Assembly: GCA_038212275.1 (NCBI GenBank)
Contig: JBBQUR010000023.1
Location: forward strand, 1 to 64,000
Direction of reading: 5' to 3'
Length of the DNA stretch: 64,000 nucleotides
Origin: Planctomycetota bacterium
GTDB lineage: Bacteria > Planctomycetota > B15-G4
Positions 32,296-42,535 of the stretch are shown here, one piece after another; positions within the stretch are counted from its first letter, which is position 1; each line of letters starts with the position of its first letter. The notes beneath the pieces were generated by a model. It saw nothing but the letters and a program-made list of their open reading frames with translations, did no database searches and had not been told where the DNA came from. The translations under genes and the position numbers were made by a program.

Positions 32296-32581
32296 GGTCT
32301 TGCTCCGATGTGCGGGGTCGACGGCAGGATTCATCAGCAGAAACACTTAGCTCGCTCCCGCGGTGTGCCAAGGATCTGAACGGTGTGATGGTCCTGCTGC
32401 CTGCCGTGGAGGCGGCCGGCGATCGGGCGTCGACGGTCGATTCCCCGATCACGCGCCATGAGCGTCCCCGGCAACCTTGCCGGCCTTGACCTCCAGCTGC
32501 AGGTCGCGATCAGCGACACCGCGGCGGTGCACAAGCTTTCGCTCACGCAGGGCGTGCAGAGGGAGATCGGCTGAGGGCCCC

Positions 32582-33496
32582 TCAGTCCGAGGTCGGAGTC
32601 CAGGTGAGGTCCGGGTCGAAGGCCGTGATGGCAGCCACCGTCGTGGCCGTGTCGGGGCCGAGGTCCTTCTCGTAGATGATGCCGTTCCTGTCCACGAGGA
32701 AGCTCATGACACCCGAGTTGCCGGGCTTCGCCGGCCAGGCCACGACGGCGAAGCCCTTCGTCATGAGGCCTGCGGCGTCCAGGTAGCTGCGTGCGCCGCC
32801 GGGCGCCTGCGCGCCCTGCGCGTCGAGGATGCGGAAGAAGTAGCCGTTGAACGGAGCGGACCCGCCGCCGGCGATGCGCGCCTCCATGTCGGCGTCGGCG
32901 AGCAGCGGCCCGATCGGACTCTCGGGCTGGCCTTCTGCTGCCGGCCAGTAAAGACCGTCGTGCAGGCCGGCGCTGCTCACGAATCTGCGCGCGAAGGCAG
33001 GCGGCCGGCTGTCGTGACTCTGTGCGAAGTACTCGAGTTGCGCATCGACACAGGCGCGCAGGCTCGCGAGCGCCAGCAGCTCGTTGCGGCCGATGCGGCG
33101 ATTCAGAAGTTCTTCGCGGCCGGCTTCGATGTCGAAGCACCACCCGCCGTCATGAGGCGCCAGCGGAATGGCGAGCGGCCAGCCGTCGTTTCCGATGAGG
33201 GCGATCTTCGAGCCGTCGCGGTCCTCGAAGGCGACCTTCTGCAGGATCAACGCCTTCACGGCGAGTGCGTCCTCGCGGTCGTCGGCCGGATCTCCGGACG
33301 CCAGCAGGCTGACGCCGTCCGGCGTGAAGATGGCCTCCGCCTGCTGCATGTCGCCGCTCCCCGCGAGGTCGGCCAGCGCCTGCATCGCCGCATCGGGCGT
33401 GGCGAAACGGCGCGGTTGCGGACTCGCGCAGGCCCATGTCGAGCCCGCGCACAGTGCCAGTGCGAACACGCCTGCGCGATGGCGCAAGAAGGTCAT
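32582..33496 (-). CDS. DUF2950 family secreted protein
   Basis: FATPDAA, IGNDGWPLAIPL, RRIGRNE, HDGLYWP, PFNGYFFRIL, YEKDLG; follows the DUF3300 gene. Confidence 0.88.
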   Translation of the reverse strand: MTFLRHRAGVFALALCAGSTWACASPQPRRFATPDAAMQALADLAGSGDMQQAEAIFTPDGVSLLASGDPADDREDALAVKALILQKVAFEDRDGSKIALIGNDGWPLAIPLAPHDGGWCFDIEAGREELLNRRIGRNELLALASLRACVDAQLEYFAQSHDSRPPAFARRFVSSAGLHDGLYWPAAEGQPESPIGPLLADADMEARIAGGGSAPFNGYFFRILDAQGAQAPGGARSYLDAAGLMTKGFAVVAWPAKPGNSGVMSFLVDRNGIIYEKDLGPDTATTVAAITAFDPDLTWTPTSD

Positions 33497-33527
33497 CCAT
33501 AGTGCCACGTGCGTCTCCCTCTCCGGC

Positions 33528-34772
33528 CTAGCGACCACGGCCACCACTTCCGGCTCGGCCGCCGCCACGGCTTGCGCGACTCGAAGCGCCGCGTCCACTG
33601 GCGGCACGATCGAAGCCGGGACTGCGGGAGCCGCTGAAGGCGCTGTTACCGTCCCGACTCATGCGCGACGGCGCGTCGCCGGCTGCGGCGCGATTCGACA
33701 TGCCGGTCGCGGCGGCTCCGGTGGAAGCGCGCGCGCCGCCGGAATCACGCGTCGCGGCGACCGGCAGTTTTCCGGAGAGATCACGCGTCGACGCCACGCC
33801 GCCCGGACGCTGTGCAGGCAGCGTGCCCGCGCTCGCGCCGCGATCGTAGCCGCGCGCCTGGTCGCGCGTGATGCGAGTCGCCGAGCCGCTCCCGCCGTAG
33901 GTCTGCGCCGTCCGGCTGCTGCGGTAGTTGACGCCCTTGCGGTGCTCGGCGTCGTGCTTCCACGAGCCGTTGCCGATGTTGGTGTTCCTGTTGAAGTTGT
34001 ATTCGTTCTTCACGGTCACATCGATGTCGCTGTGGCCCCAGCCCCAATGGCATCCGCCGTGCAGGTACGCGCCCCACGCGACCCCGGCGCCAAACAGCAT
34101 CAATCCGTAGCCGGGCGGCGGTGGCACGTAGAGCGCGGGGTAGTAGTAGGTCGGGTAGTGCCAGCTCGCGCCGTACACCACGACCGGCGAGTAGGTCGGC
34201 ACGTAAATCACTTCGGGGCTTTTCGACTCGATCACGATGATCTTGTCGGCCTGTTGTGTCACGACCTGCTGTTCGGTCGTCTTCAGGTTGCCGGCCGCGT
34301 ACGCCTTGTCGCGCATGCGCTGCACCGCGTCGAGCACTTCGGTCTTCTGGTCCAGGACGGCATCGCCGAGGTCGCGCGTCCAGTCGAGGTTCTCGCTCAT
34401 GTGCGTGACGACCGTCGGGAAGCCGCACATCACCTTCACGGCGGGATCCCAGCTCTGCTCCTGAAGCGCCGCGTCGAGCGACTTGCCGGTGAGGCCGGGA
34501 TTCTTGCCCACCCAGCGCGCCGCTTCGACGATCTCGAGCGGATAGGTGGACGCCATGAGAATCTGCATCACGAGCGAGTCGGGATAGAGCGCGATCGGAG
34601 CAACGATCTGCTCGAGCTGCTCGGCGCTGAATCCGGGCGTCGTCGCGGTCGTGCCCGCTGCGGCCGCGCCCGCTGCGGTCGTGTCAGCGGTCTGAGCCGA
34701 TGGCGAGGCTGCCAGCGAGGCAACACCCGCCGCGACGAGAACGAACATCCACGCGACTCGTCCGCGATGCAT
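33528..34772 (-). CDS. DUF3300 family secreted protein
   Basis: LEQIVAPIALYPDSL, MASTYPLEIVEAARW, WDPAV, IYVPTYSP; G/R-rich tail; GGAGG RBS. Confidence 0.92.
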   Translation of the reverse strand: MHRGRVAWMFVLVAAGVASLAASPSAQTADTTAAGAAAAGTTATTPGFSAEQLEQIVAPIALYPDSLVMQILMASTYPLEIVEAARWVGKNPGLTGKSLDAALQEQSWDPAVKVMCGFPTVVTHMSENLDWTRDLGDAVLDQKTEVLDAVQRMRDKAYAAGNLKTTEQQVVTQQADKIIVIESKSPEVIYVPTYSPVVVYGASWHYPTYYYPALYVPPPPGYGLMLFGAGVAWGAYLHGGCHWGWGHSDIDVTVKNEYNFNRNTNIGNGSWKHDAEHRKGVNYRSSRTAQTYGGSGSATRITRDQARGYDRGASAGTLPAQRPGGVASTRDLSGKLPVAATRDSGGARASTGAAATGMSNRAAAGDAPSRMSRDGNSAFSGSRSPGFDRAASGRGASSRASRGGGRAGSGGRGR

Positions 34773-35411
34773 CGCGCCTCCTTCGCTTTCGATCCGGCCT
34801 CGGCACGCCGACACTCGGACGGCCTGCTGTTGTCGATCGTAGCAGAGCGGCAGCGCATCCGGTCGGCACGGGCACGGCCGAAGAAGAAGGCCTTTCCATC
34901 TCCGCACCGGATGCGGCGCTGGATCCGGACGCACGCGACTCGCCTGCCGCGAATCGCAAGCGACCGACACGCGTGTCGACATCAAGTTCGACGCGACCGT
35001 CGACACGCCTCACGACGCCGCCGATGCCGATACGGATGCGGACACCGACTCCGATGCCAACGCCAACGACGATGTCGACGCCGCGGAAGACACCGACAAT
35101 GCCGGGCGAGGCATCGGCTGGGCAGTGATGGGCTTCACGCCGGTTGTGCGAGTGCGCGCGTCCAGAACGATCGGGCCAGGACTGGAATTCCAGTCGGAGT
35201 CGCGCTTGAGCCGACAAGCCACCGGGTCCGTTCGCGCGTTCGCCTCCGCCGCAGGCGAGCCGGTGGTGGCGGCATTTCTGCGGGAATTCGCGTGACATGC
35301 GCAACGCCGTGTCGGCGCCGCCCCGGATCGCGGCTGACAATCCAGACGCTCCCATGCATTGACGATGCGACTTGCGGCCGATATTCTGCCCGAATCAAAA
35401 GGAAGTGAGCC

Positions 35412-36173
35412 ATGCGCGTCGGACGGGATGGCCGTATTTTCGGCATGATTGTGTGCGCAGTTTCGATGCTCGCGGGAAGCATCACGGCACAGAACTGGGG
35501 TCCGCTGACCGGTGTGTGCAAGAGCGACTTGTCGCTCCAGGCGAAACTGCAGACGCTGACTGCGGCTGCGGTGGGCTACGGGATGTTCGCGCCTCAGGTG
35601 TCCGTCTCTCCGGTCCCGGTAACCGTAGGCGGCATCCCGGCGTACGAGTTCGACTCATCCACGAGCGCCAACGCGAATTTTTCCGGCTACTCCACTTACG
35701 ATCCGCTGACCGGCCCGGGAGTCGCCTTCAACTCGAGCGACTGGGGCGACATCACGCCTCCACCGGACCCGATGACGGTCGTTGACTATGTGGCAACTGC
35801 GTATCACGAGCTTGCTCACATCGTTTACGAAGCTTATTACATCGACTGGTGCTCGATGCATGCCGCGGAGTGCGCCGCCTTCGAGGCATGCATCGCGACA
35901 CTGGATCCGCCTGACGATCCGTGCAACGAAGCGTTCGCCAACGGTGTCGCCAACTCCAGCCTCTGCGAGGACTACCAGACGGTCTGCAACAGCAACAATC
36001 CGTCGCTGTCCGTATCCGACAGGCACAAGATCCTCGAAGCGATCGAGGCGCAGATGGCCTTGGCGGCGCAGGAGTGTGCCAGGCAGACTGCCGACTGCAT
36101 CAACTGCAGCGGCCCACCGATGCCACCCGGGTATGCGGGTTGCGGACCTGTCTCGTGCGAGTGCAACCCATGA
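35412..36173 (+). CDS. Secreted Cys-rich HExxH (zincin-like) protein
   Basis: Signal peptide; TAYHELAHIVY with a downstream CNEAFA Glu; ~10 Cys in the C-terminal half. Confidence 0.7.
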   Translation: MRVGRDGRIFGMIVCAVSMLAGSITAQNWGPLTGVCKSDLSLQAKLQTLTAAAVGYGMFAPQVSVSPVPVTVGGIPAYEFDSSTSANANFSGYSTYDPLTGPGVAFNSSDWGDITPPPDPMTVVDYVATAYHELAHIVYEAYYIDWCSMHAAECAAFEACIATLDPPDDPCNEAFANGVANSSLCEDYQTVCNSNNPSLSVSDRHKILEAIEAQMALAAQECARQTADCINCSGPPMPPGYAGCGPVSCECNP

Positions 36174-37057
36174 GCACTTCAAGAGCAGGAACCTCGGCTC
36201 TGATGCGACTGGCTCTGCTGCTCGCCGTCACGGTCGACGCACCGGCCCAGCAGCCGTCCTCCTTGCCGCCCGAGATGATCGCCTCCTTCGCTCCGCGCCG
36301 GATCTGGGCGGAGGAGTTCTGGCTCCCGACGGCAGCGAACGATCAGGTGCGCGGGCGGGTCCGATTCGAGAACCAGGATCCCGTCGGCAAGGTCGTCATC
36401 GACTGGTACTTCGTCAAGGCAGGCGCGTCCTCGCGCCAGCTCAGTCAAGTCGTCGAGGTGGCTTTCCGGCCCACGGCGGTCGCGCGCCGCGCGGGGACGA
36501 CCGACACGCTGTATGTCGTCGGCTGGTCGGACCGGATGGGCCGGGTCGTCGTCGAAGAATGGACCTTCGGTCCCACGACGTTGGGAAGCACGCTGCCGGA
36601 GAACGGCGAAGGCGGAGCGATTTCCGTCTTCGCTCCCCCACCGATCGCAAAGGAGCTCGCCTGGGTCTCCGATCCGGGCACGGTTCCGCCCATCTGGGAC
36701 GCTGCCTGCGAGGTCTACGCCAACAAGCTGCTGCTGCTGACCAGCGGCACGACCACGAAGATCGTGTCCCTTGATCTCGTGACGCTGAGCCTTCAGCAAC
36801 TGTATTCGTCCACCTCGAACCCGGCCCTCGGCGGGCTTCGAATGCTCTCCATCGCTCGCCATCCCGTGGCCGGCTTCACCGTGATCGCGGAGCAGCGCCG
36901 CAGCTGGGACGCCGTGGGGCACGGCGAGGCCGTGGACAACTACTTCGTCATGCGGGACGTGGACGCCAACGGCACACTCGACACGACCGAGGTTGTCGCG
37001 AGCAACGCCTTCTACGTGATCTATCCGCCGCCCTGGAACAACAGGTACGAACAGTAG
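36170..37057 (+). CDS. Secreted hypothetical protein, translationally coupled to the HExxH gene
   Basis: ATGA overlap at 36170-36173; signal LMRLALLLAVTVDAPA; DVDANGTLD Ca-loop. Confidence 0.75.
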   Translation: MSTSRAGTSALMRLALLLAVTVDAPAQQPSSLPPEMIASFAPRRIWAEEFWLPTAANDQVRGRVRFENQDPVGKVVIDWYFVKAGASSRQLSQVVEVAFRPTAVARRAGTTDTLYVVGWSDRMGRVVVEEWTFGPTTLGSTLPENGEGGAISVFAPPPIAKELAWVSDPGTVPPIWDAACEVYANKLLLLTSGTTTKIVSLDLVTLSLQQLYSSTSNPALGGLRMLSIARHPVAGFTVIAEQRRSWDAVGHGEAVDNYFVMRDVDANGTLDTTEVVASNAFYVIYPPPWNNRYEQ

Positions 37058-37263
37058 CGGTCGCCGCGAACCGAGCCGAACGATGCTTCGGCCGGACGGA
37101 TGGCCGCGCTGACTGGTCGAGCCGCGCCCGCCCCCAGCACAGTCGCTTCCGATGCATGCCCTCCCTGCAGAAGGCGGGAGCCGCGGATCTCTCCGCGACT
37201 CCCGCGTGGTCGTGACTTCCGCTGGGTGGACGGCGCATGCGCCGCTGCCGGATCGGCCGGAAA

Positions 37264-38277
37264 TCAGTTCCCGTTGCACTCGTAGCAGACGTCGATCAGC
37301 TCCGCCGTGCAGGTTGGCGACTGCACACCACCGAACAGCGTGCCGAGCGCATCGACAACCCCGTGCCTGGCCTGGGCCTGCAGCGACAGCGTCGCGTGGC
37401 CGGCGGTCGGCTCGGTCTCGGCGTCGGTGTCCAGCAGGGCGAAGGCCACGTAGACCGTGGTGCACTCGCCGGGCGCCAGGACCGAGGTCGTGGCCGGCGT
37501 GCTGGCGCTCCAGAGCTTTCCGGCAGGCGCCGAGCTCGCGAGCTCGAAGCTCAGCGCCGTCTCGCTGCCGCCGGCGTTGCAGGCCGTGATCACCGCGATG
37601 AAGGTGCTGGTGATGCCGGGCACGATCTGCACGACGGACATCCGGCACGCGCCGGAGGGCAGCCCTGGGATGTGATCGATGCCGAGCAGGCGTGCCGATC
37701 CGATGCTCGGCCCGGCCACTTCGATCACCAGGTTCGAGATGCCCAGCGGCTTGCCGTCGGGCGTGGTGAGTTCGACCTGCACGAGCTGCAGGCCCGCCGA
37801 CTCGGCGCGGAACTCTGCCCTCGAGTGGAAGTTGCCGAGCTCGACCTCCCGCGCGCCGGTCCAGCGCACGAGGTGCGGCTGCGCGAGCGAGATTTCGAGC
37901 AGCACGCGCTCACCGAGCTGCACGGTGATCTGCGAGGGCGCGACCTTCCACGTGACCGCGGGGGCGTCCAGCCGGGCGATCAGGAGTTGCGCGCCGGCGC
38001 CGAAGTGCCTGGACGGCGAGCCCGCGTGGACGAGATCGCCCTCGAAGGTCGGCTCGACCCCGTACGCGCCGGGCCCTTCGTCCACGAGGAGCGACGCATT
38101 CGCCTCGCCGGGCACCGTACTGACCGCACCAGCGAGGGGGGAGGCCGGCCCGACTCCTCCCGCTCCGAGCTGCGCGGCCAGTGCGCCCGGACCGGCCACG
38201 ACCAGCACGGCAAGAGAGAGCGTGTACAACGGCAATTGCAGAGTCTTCAGCGTCTTCAGCGTCTTCAGCGTTTTCAT
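37264..38277 (-). CDS. Secreted hypothetical protein (Ig-like domains, Cys-containing C-terminus)
   Basis: AGGAA before ATG; signal with KTL repeats; ends CTAELIDVCYECNGN. Confidence 0.7.
   Translation of the reverse strand: MKTLKTLKTLKTLQLPLYTLSLAVLVVAGPGALAAQLGAGGVGPASPLAGAVSTVPGEANASLLVDEGPGAYGVEPTFEGDLVHAGSPSRHFGAGAQLLIARLDAPAVTWKVAPSQITVQLGERVLLEISLAQPHLVRWTGAREVELGNFHSRAEFRAESAGLQLVQVELTTPDGKPLGISNLVIEVAGPSIGSARLLGIDHIPGLPSGACRMSVVQIVPGITSTFIAVITACNAGGSETALSFELASSAPAGKLWSASTPATTSVLAPGECTTVYVAFALLDTDAETEPTAGHATLSLQAQARHGVVDALGTLFGGVQSPTCTAELIDVCYECNGN
38243..38276. repeat. 9-bp tandem repeat in the signal peptide (MKTLKTLKTLKTL)
   Basis: (GTCTTCAGC)x3 plus a degenerate copy. Confidence 0.85.
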
Positions 38278-38482
38278 GGCTGGTTTCCTGCCTTTCCTCG
38301 ACGGTCCCCTGTGACACCGCGCGCAGGTGCGCGCTCTGACTTCCTGAGCGAGATCGAGGCGCCACACGCACCGCCGAACGGCCCCGTCGCCTCAGGATTT
38401 CACGGCGTCACACGGCCTTCACATGCCGGGCACGAAGCGTCGAAGAAGGGGCTTTGCCCCCGCTCACCCTTGATGGAGATCC

Positions 38483-39136
38483 GTGATGAAGCAAGCCGCC
38501 CTGCTCTTTGCCCTGTGTGCCCTCACCGCCCCCGCGGCGGTCGGCCAGCAGTCCACGATCGACGTGCAGGCTTCCGGGCGCAACGTGTCGCTGCCCGTGC
38601 AGATCACCCCGGCTTCCAGCGAGAAGATCGCGCACGCCGCGGCCGAGCGTGCCGCGGAGCCCGACGGCGTGATGATCGTTCCGATTCCCGAGTCGAACTA
38701 CGTGCTCCGCACCGAGAAGTTCAATGCGACGGGTCACGTCACCACGATGACTCCCGCAGACGCCCAGAGCCCGAACACGCTCTTCTCCGACAGCATCTGC
38801 ACGACGCGCTGGAACGCGGGCAACACGGCGCACAGCCTCGTGTCCACGCTCGGCAAGGACGAGAACATGTCGACGTGGTCCAATCGGCACAACGAGGCGC
38901 TGATGTTGATCACCGCCATCTACCCGCCGACGGGCAACAACGCCGCCACGCCGGCGACGACCACGCAGGACGCTGCGGGAAATCGCGACATCGCGAAGAC
39001 GCCGTGGACGGATGCGTCGGGCAACACGAACGAAGTCGCGACCAAGCGCCGCGACAACGAAGACAAGGATGCGTGGATGGCCCGCCATCAGCAGGCCGTG
39101 AAGGCCTTCGCGGCCGTGATGCCGCCAAAGGCCTGA
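38483..39136 (+). CDS. Secreted hypothetical protein with two ~44-aa internal repeats
   Basis: GGAG RBS; signal MKQAALLFALCALTAPAAVG; repeated W..RH..A......PP. Confidence 0.8.
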   Translation: MMKQAALLFALCALTAPAAVGQQSTIDVQASGRNVSLPVQITPASSEKIAHAAAERAAEPDGVMIVPIPESNYVLRTEKFNATGHVTTMTPADAQSPNTLFSDSICTTRWNAGNTAHSLVSTLGKDENMSTWSNRHNEALMLITAIYPPTGNNAATPATTTQDAAGNRDIAKTPWTDASGNTNEVATKRRDNEDKDAWMARHQQAVKAFAAVMPPKA

Positions 39137-39244
39137 CCGGACGCGCGCGCGCTCGCCGGGCCCCGCCACGCGCGGACCCGGCGGGCGCGGGCGTGGCACT
39201 GCTCGCCCCTTCGAGCGGCCCGGCGCTCCGCTGAACGGCGGCCG

Positions 39245-40720
39245 TCAGCGCGCTTTGCGCGTGCGGCGACCGATGCCGCCGATGCCCGTCGAGCGTGGCG
39301 CCGGATGGCTGCCGTAACCGCCGCCGGCGGATTGCCCGGCGCTCTTGCCGTGGCTCGCGCCCTGCCCCGGACCGCGACCACCGCCGCGCTGGCCGCCGCC
39401 ACCGCCGGCGCGCCGGCTCAGCGTGCCGGCGCCGGCGCCGTCACGGCCTCGCGATCCGCCGCCACCACCGCCACCGCCTCCACGACCTCCGCGTCCCCCG
39501 CCGCTGGCTCGCTCCTCGACGCGCCGGGCGCGCATCGCCGCGAGCCGCTCCTCCAGCGGAATCTCCAGCTTCTCGGCCTTGGCGGCGTAGTCGAAGTCCG
39601 GCACGGTGACGCGCGGGAGCGTCTTCTTCACCGCGCGCTCGATGTCGCGCAGCAGCGGCTCCTCGGCCTTGCTCACGAAGGTGAAAGCCTCGCCCGTGGC
39701 CGAGGCCCGGCCCGTGCGGCCGACGCGATGGATGTAGTCCTCGGGCGCCGCCGGCACGTCGAAGTTCACGACGTGGCCGAGCTCCTCGACGTCGATGCCG
39801 CGCGCCGCAATGTCGGTGGCGACGAGCACGCGGTAGCGGCCGCTCTTGAAGCCCTCCAGCGCCTGCGTGCGCTGGCCCTGGCTGCGGTTGCCGTGGATGC
39901 GCTCGGCGCGGATGCCGTGGTTCACGAGGAACTTGCAGAGCCGGTCGGCGCGGTGCTTGGTGCGCGTGAAGACCAGCGCCTGCTCCATGTCGCCGCGCTT
40001 GAGAATCGCGACGAGCAGGGCGGACTTGGCCTCCTGCGCGACCGGGTACACGGCCTGCGTGATGCCCACGGCCGGCGCCGAGCTGCGCTGCAGGTTGAGG
40101 CGCACGGGGTCCTTCAGCATCTCGTTGGAGAGCGCCGCGATCGGACCCGGCATCGTCGCGCTGAAGAAAAGCGTCTGGCGCTTGGTCGGAAGCTGCTTGA
40201 GGATGCGGCGGATGTCGGGCAGGAAGCCCATGTCCAGCATGCGGTCAGCCTCGTCGAGCACGAGGAACTGCACGCCGCCCAGCTTGGCGTACGGCATGCG
40301 CATGTGATCGAGCAGGCGGCCCGGCGTGGCGACGATGACATCCATGCCGCTGCGCAGTGCGTGCTCCTGCGGCCCCATGCCCACGCCGCCGATGATCGAC
40401 GCCGCGGTGACGGGCGTGTGCGCCGCGAGGTCGTTGAGGTCCTCGACGATCTGCACTGCGAGTTCGCGCGTCGGCGTGAGCACGAGCGCACGCGTCGTGC
40501 CGCGCTTGCAATCGATGAGCTTCTGCAGGATGGGCAGCAGGAAGGCTGCGGTCTTGCCGCTGCCCGTCATCGCGCAGGCGAGAACGTCCTTGCCCGCGAG
40601 GCCAGGCGGGATGGCCTCGGCCTGGATGGGAGTCGGGCGGGTGAAGCCCAGCTCGTGCACGGCGGAGAGAAGGCTGGGATGGAGCTTGAGATCAGTGAAA
40701 GACGGCTCTGTGAGCGACAC
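39245..40720 (-). CDS. rhlE: DEAD-box RNA helicase (RhlE-like)
   Basis: PTPIQ, TGSGKT, PTRELA, DEAD, SAT, ARGID, HRVGRTGRA; RGG-rich tail. Confidence 0.93.
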   Translation of the reverse strand: MSLTEPSFTDLKLHPSLLSAVHELGFTRPTPIQAEAIPPGLAGKDVLACAMTGSGKTAAFLLPILQKLIDCKRGTTRALVLTPTRELAVQIVEDLNDLAAHTPVTAASIIGGVGMGPQEHALRSGMDVIVATPGRLLDHMRMPYAKLGGVQFLVLDEADRMLDMGFLPDIRRILKQLPTKRQTLFFSATMPGPIAALSNEMLKDPVRLNLQRSSAPAVGITQAVYPVAQEAKSALLVAILKRGDMEQALVFTRTKHRADRLCKFLVNHGIRAERIHGNRSQGQRTQALEGFKSGRYRVLVATDIAARGIDVEELGHVVNFDVPAAPEDYIHRVGRTGRASATGEAFTFVSKAEEPLLRDIERAVKKTLPRVTVPDFDYAAKAEKLEIPLEERLAAMRARRVEERASGGGRGGRGGGGGGGGGSRGRDGAGAGTLSRRAGGGGGQRGGGRGPGQGASHGKSAGQSAGGGYGSHPAPRSTGIGGIGRRTRKAR

Positions 40721-40902
40721 GGAAGATCCTCGGAGACGCGCTGCCGGCTGGCATGAGCGAGGCGGCGCAACATGCGCGGCGGGACTCTCCGGTGCGTGAA
40801 GTGAAATGGTGTTCTGAACGACGCACTATCTCACAACGGGGCGTGCGGCGCGAGGGGCGCGAGAGGCGCGGTGCCTGCAGGAAGCGCCCGATGGGCCCGG
40901 AA

Positions 40903-41415
40903 TCACTCGCCATCGGCCCAGATGACGATGCGACGGCCGTGTGCGCCATGGTGGTCGAGCACGAGCCCGGGGCCGAAGGGCGCGAGATCCGGCAGCGCGA
41001 CCTCCAGGCCGAGGCGCTTCTCGAGGGGATCCATCAAGGGCGTGGCGAGGCTCGCCTTCCAGCGCGCCACGTCGAGCACCCAGGCCGGCGTCGAGACGCG
41101 CACGAGTCGCGCGGGTTGCTCGTCCCAGAGCAGCCCGTGAACCCTCGCGATGCGCGCCGGATGCGCGGGCTCGCGCTCGTGGTGCACGTGCGCCGTGACG
41201 AGGCCGTCGTCACGCCGCTCGAGGTCCAGGTACTGCCGGCTTCCGGCGAAGCGCGCGAGCACGGCATCGAGTTCGGCCGTACCACCCGCCGGCTCGAGGT
41301 GCACGACGTCCATCGACGATTGCATCAGCATCGCCGTGCCGATGCCGAGGCCGGCCAGCAGCACGAGGGCCAGGAAGCAGCCCAGTGCCTTCAGCGCGGA
41401 GCCGCGACGCACCAT
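40903..41415 (-). CDS. Single-TM hypothetical protein
   Basis: Starts 4 bp after the upstream stop; N-terminal TM segment. Confidence 0.65.
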   Translation of the reverse strand: MVRRGSALKALGCFLALVLLAGLGIGTAMLMQSSMDVVHLEPAGGTAELDAVLARFAGSRQYLDLERRDDGLVTAHVHHEREPAHPARIARVHGLLWDEQPARLVRVSTPAWVLDVARWKASLATPLMDPLEKRLGLEVALPDLAPFGPGLVLDHHGAHGRRIVIWADGE

Positions 41416-41419
41416 CGGC

Positions 41420-42535
41420 TCAGAACAGACCGCGCGGCTTGCGGTCCTTCGTGGCCACGGTGTACCCATTGAGGACGGCCGCCGGCTCGCTCACGAAGTC
41501 CGTCGCCTTCAGTCCGGTCACGTGGGTGCGCAGACCCTCGTTCACGAGGCAGGCCATGACGGCGAGTCCTTCGGCCGTCGGGTGCAGCTTGTCCGCCTGC
41601 AGATAGCGTGACTCCGCACAGGCAGGCAGCTTCAGCGCGCCGATCGTGATCTCCGTGCCCGCACGCATCTGCGCGATGGTCTCGACGAGGGGCACCACGA
41701 TGACGCGCGGCCTCTCGGCAGCCCAGGCCTTCAGTCGCGCATTGAGAGCCACCAGCGTCTTCTGCGTCGGAACCTGCGACGCGTGCAGCATGAGGCCCAC
41801 GGCGGGCGACATGTCGGGAAATTCGCTGATCACGATCGGGCAGGCAAAGCCGTCCAGGATCGCGAGACCCTGTTCGAGCAACGGGACACGCTCCTCCTCC
41901 GCCACATCGCCGTAGCCGTACCAGAAGAGGAAGTCGATGCCGATGAGGGCCGACGGCCGGTGCTCGGCCGCCTTCTTCACCAGCGACTTGCGACTCGAGT
42001 CGTTCATCATGAAGAAGAGCACGCTGCTGACGTCGAGAGGAGCCTCGTGCTCGGCTGCTATCGACGCCCCCATCGCGTCCGCGAGGCCTCCAGGCAAGCT
42101 GATGCCGCTGGATGCGCTCGCGCCCAGCACGACCAGCCGGCTCAGCACCCCGACGCCCGTCGTCGGCGCGTCCTTCTCCGTCGCCACGCGCTCGCCCACC
42201 GTGGCGGCCGTCACCGTGGACGCGGGCTCAGTCGCCTGCCTGGGTGCCACCGGCTTCGCGGGTGCCCCTGTCGGCTTGGGTGGTGCTGTCGGCGTGGGCG
42301 GTGCTGACTGATTCGGGGTCGAGACCGGCGCGGCCTGCACGAGACCCGCATGCGGCTGCCACGCTTCGCCTGCCGTGAGCAGCTCGGCGCGCACCTGCGG
42401 AGTCGCGACGAGACTCCACGCGAGCGCCGCGCACGTGACGCATGGGCCGAGCTTCGCGGCGCGCATCGCGGCGCGTACGGCGGCGCGTACGGCGGCGCAG
42501 ACACCGATGACCGACCTTCCGTGAACGCTCCTCAT
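41420..42535 (-). CDS. Secreted SGNH/GDSL-like hydrolase
   Basis: VVLGASAS block I-like and DKLHPT (DxxH); P/T-rich linker; start uncertain. Confidence 0.65.
   Translation of the reverse strand: MRSVHGRSVIGVCAAVRAAVRAAMRAAKLGPCVTCAALAWSLVATPQVRAELLTAGEAWQPHAGLVQAAPVSTPNQSAPPTPTAPPKPTGAPAKPVAPRQATEPASTVTAATVGERVATEKDAPTTGVGVLSRLVVLGASASSGISLPGGLADAMGASIAAEHEAPLDVSSVLFFMMNDSSRKSLVKKAAEHRPSALIGIDFLFWYGYGDVAEEERVPLLEQGLAILDGFACPIVISEFPDMSPAVGLMLHASQVPTQKTLVALNARLKAWAAERPRVIVVPLVETIAQMRAGTEITIGALKLPACAESRYLQADKLHPTAEGLAVMACLVNEGLRTHVTGLKATDFVSEPAAVLNGYTVATKDRKPRGLF

Noticed and set aside
32582..34772. DUF3300-DUF2950 gene pair
   Set aside because: A widespread, already recognised pair with nothing unusual here.
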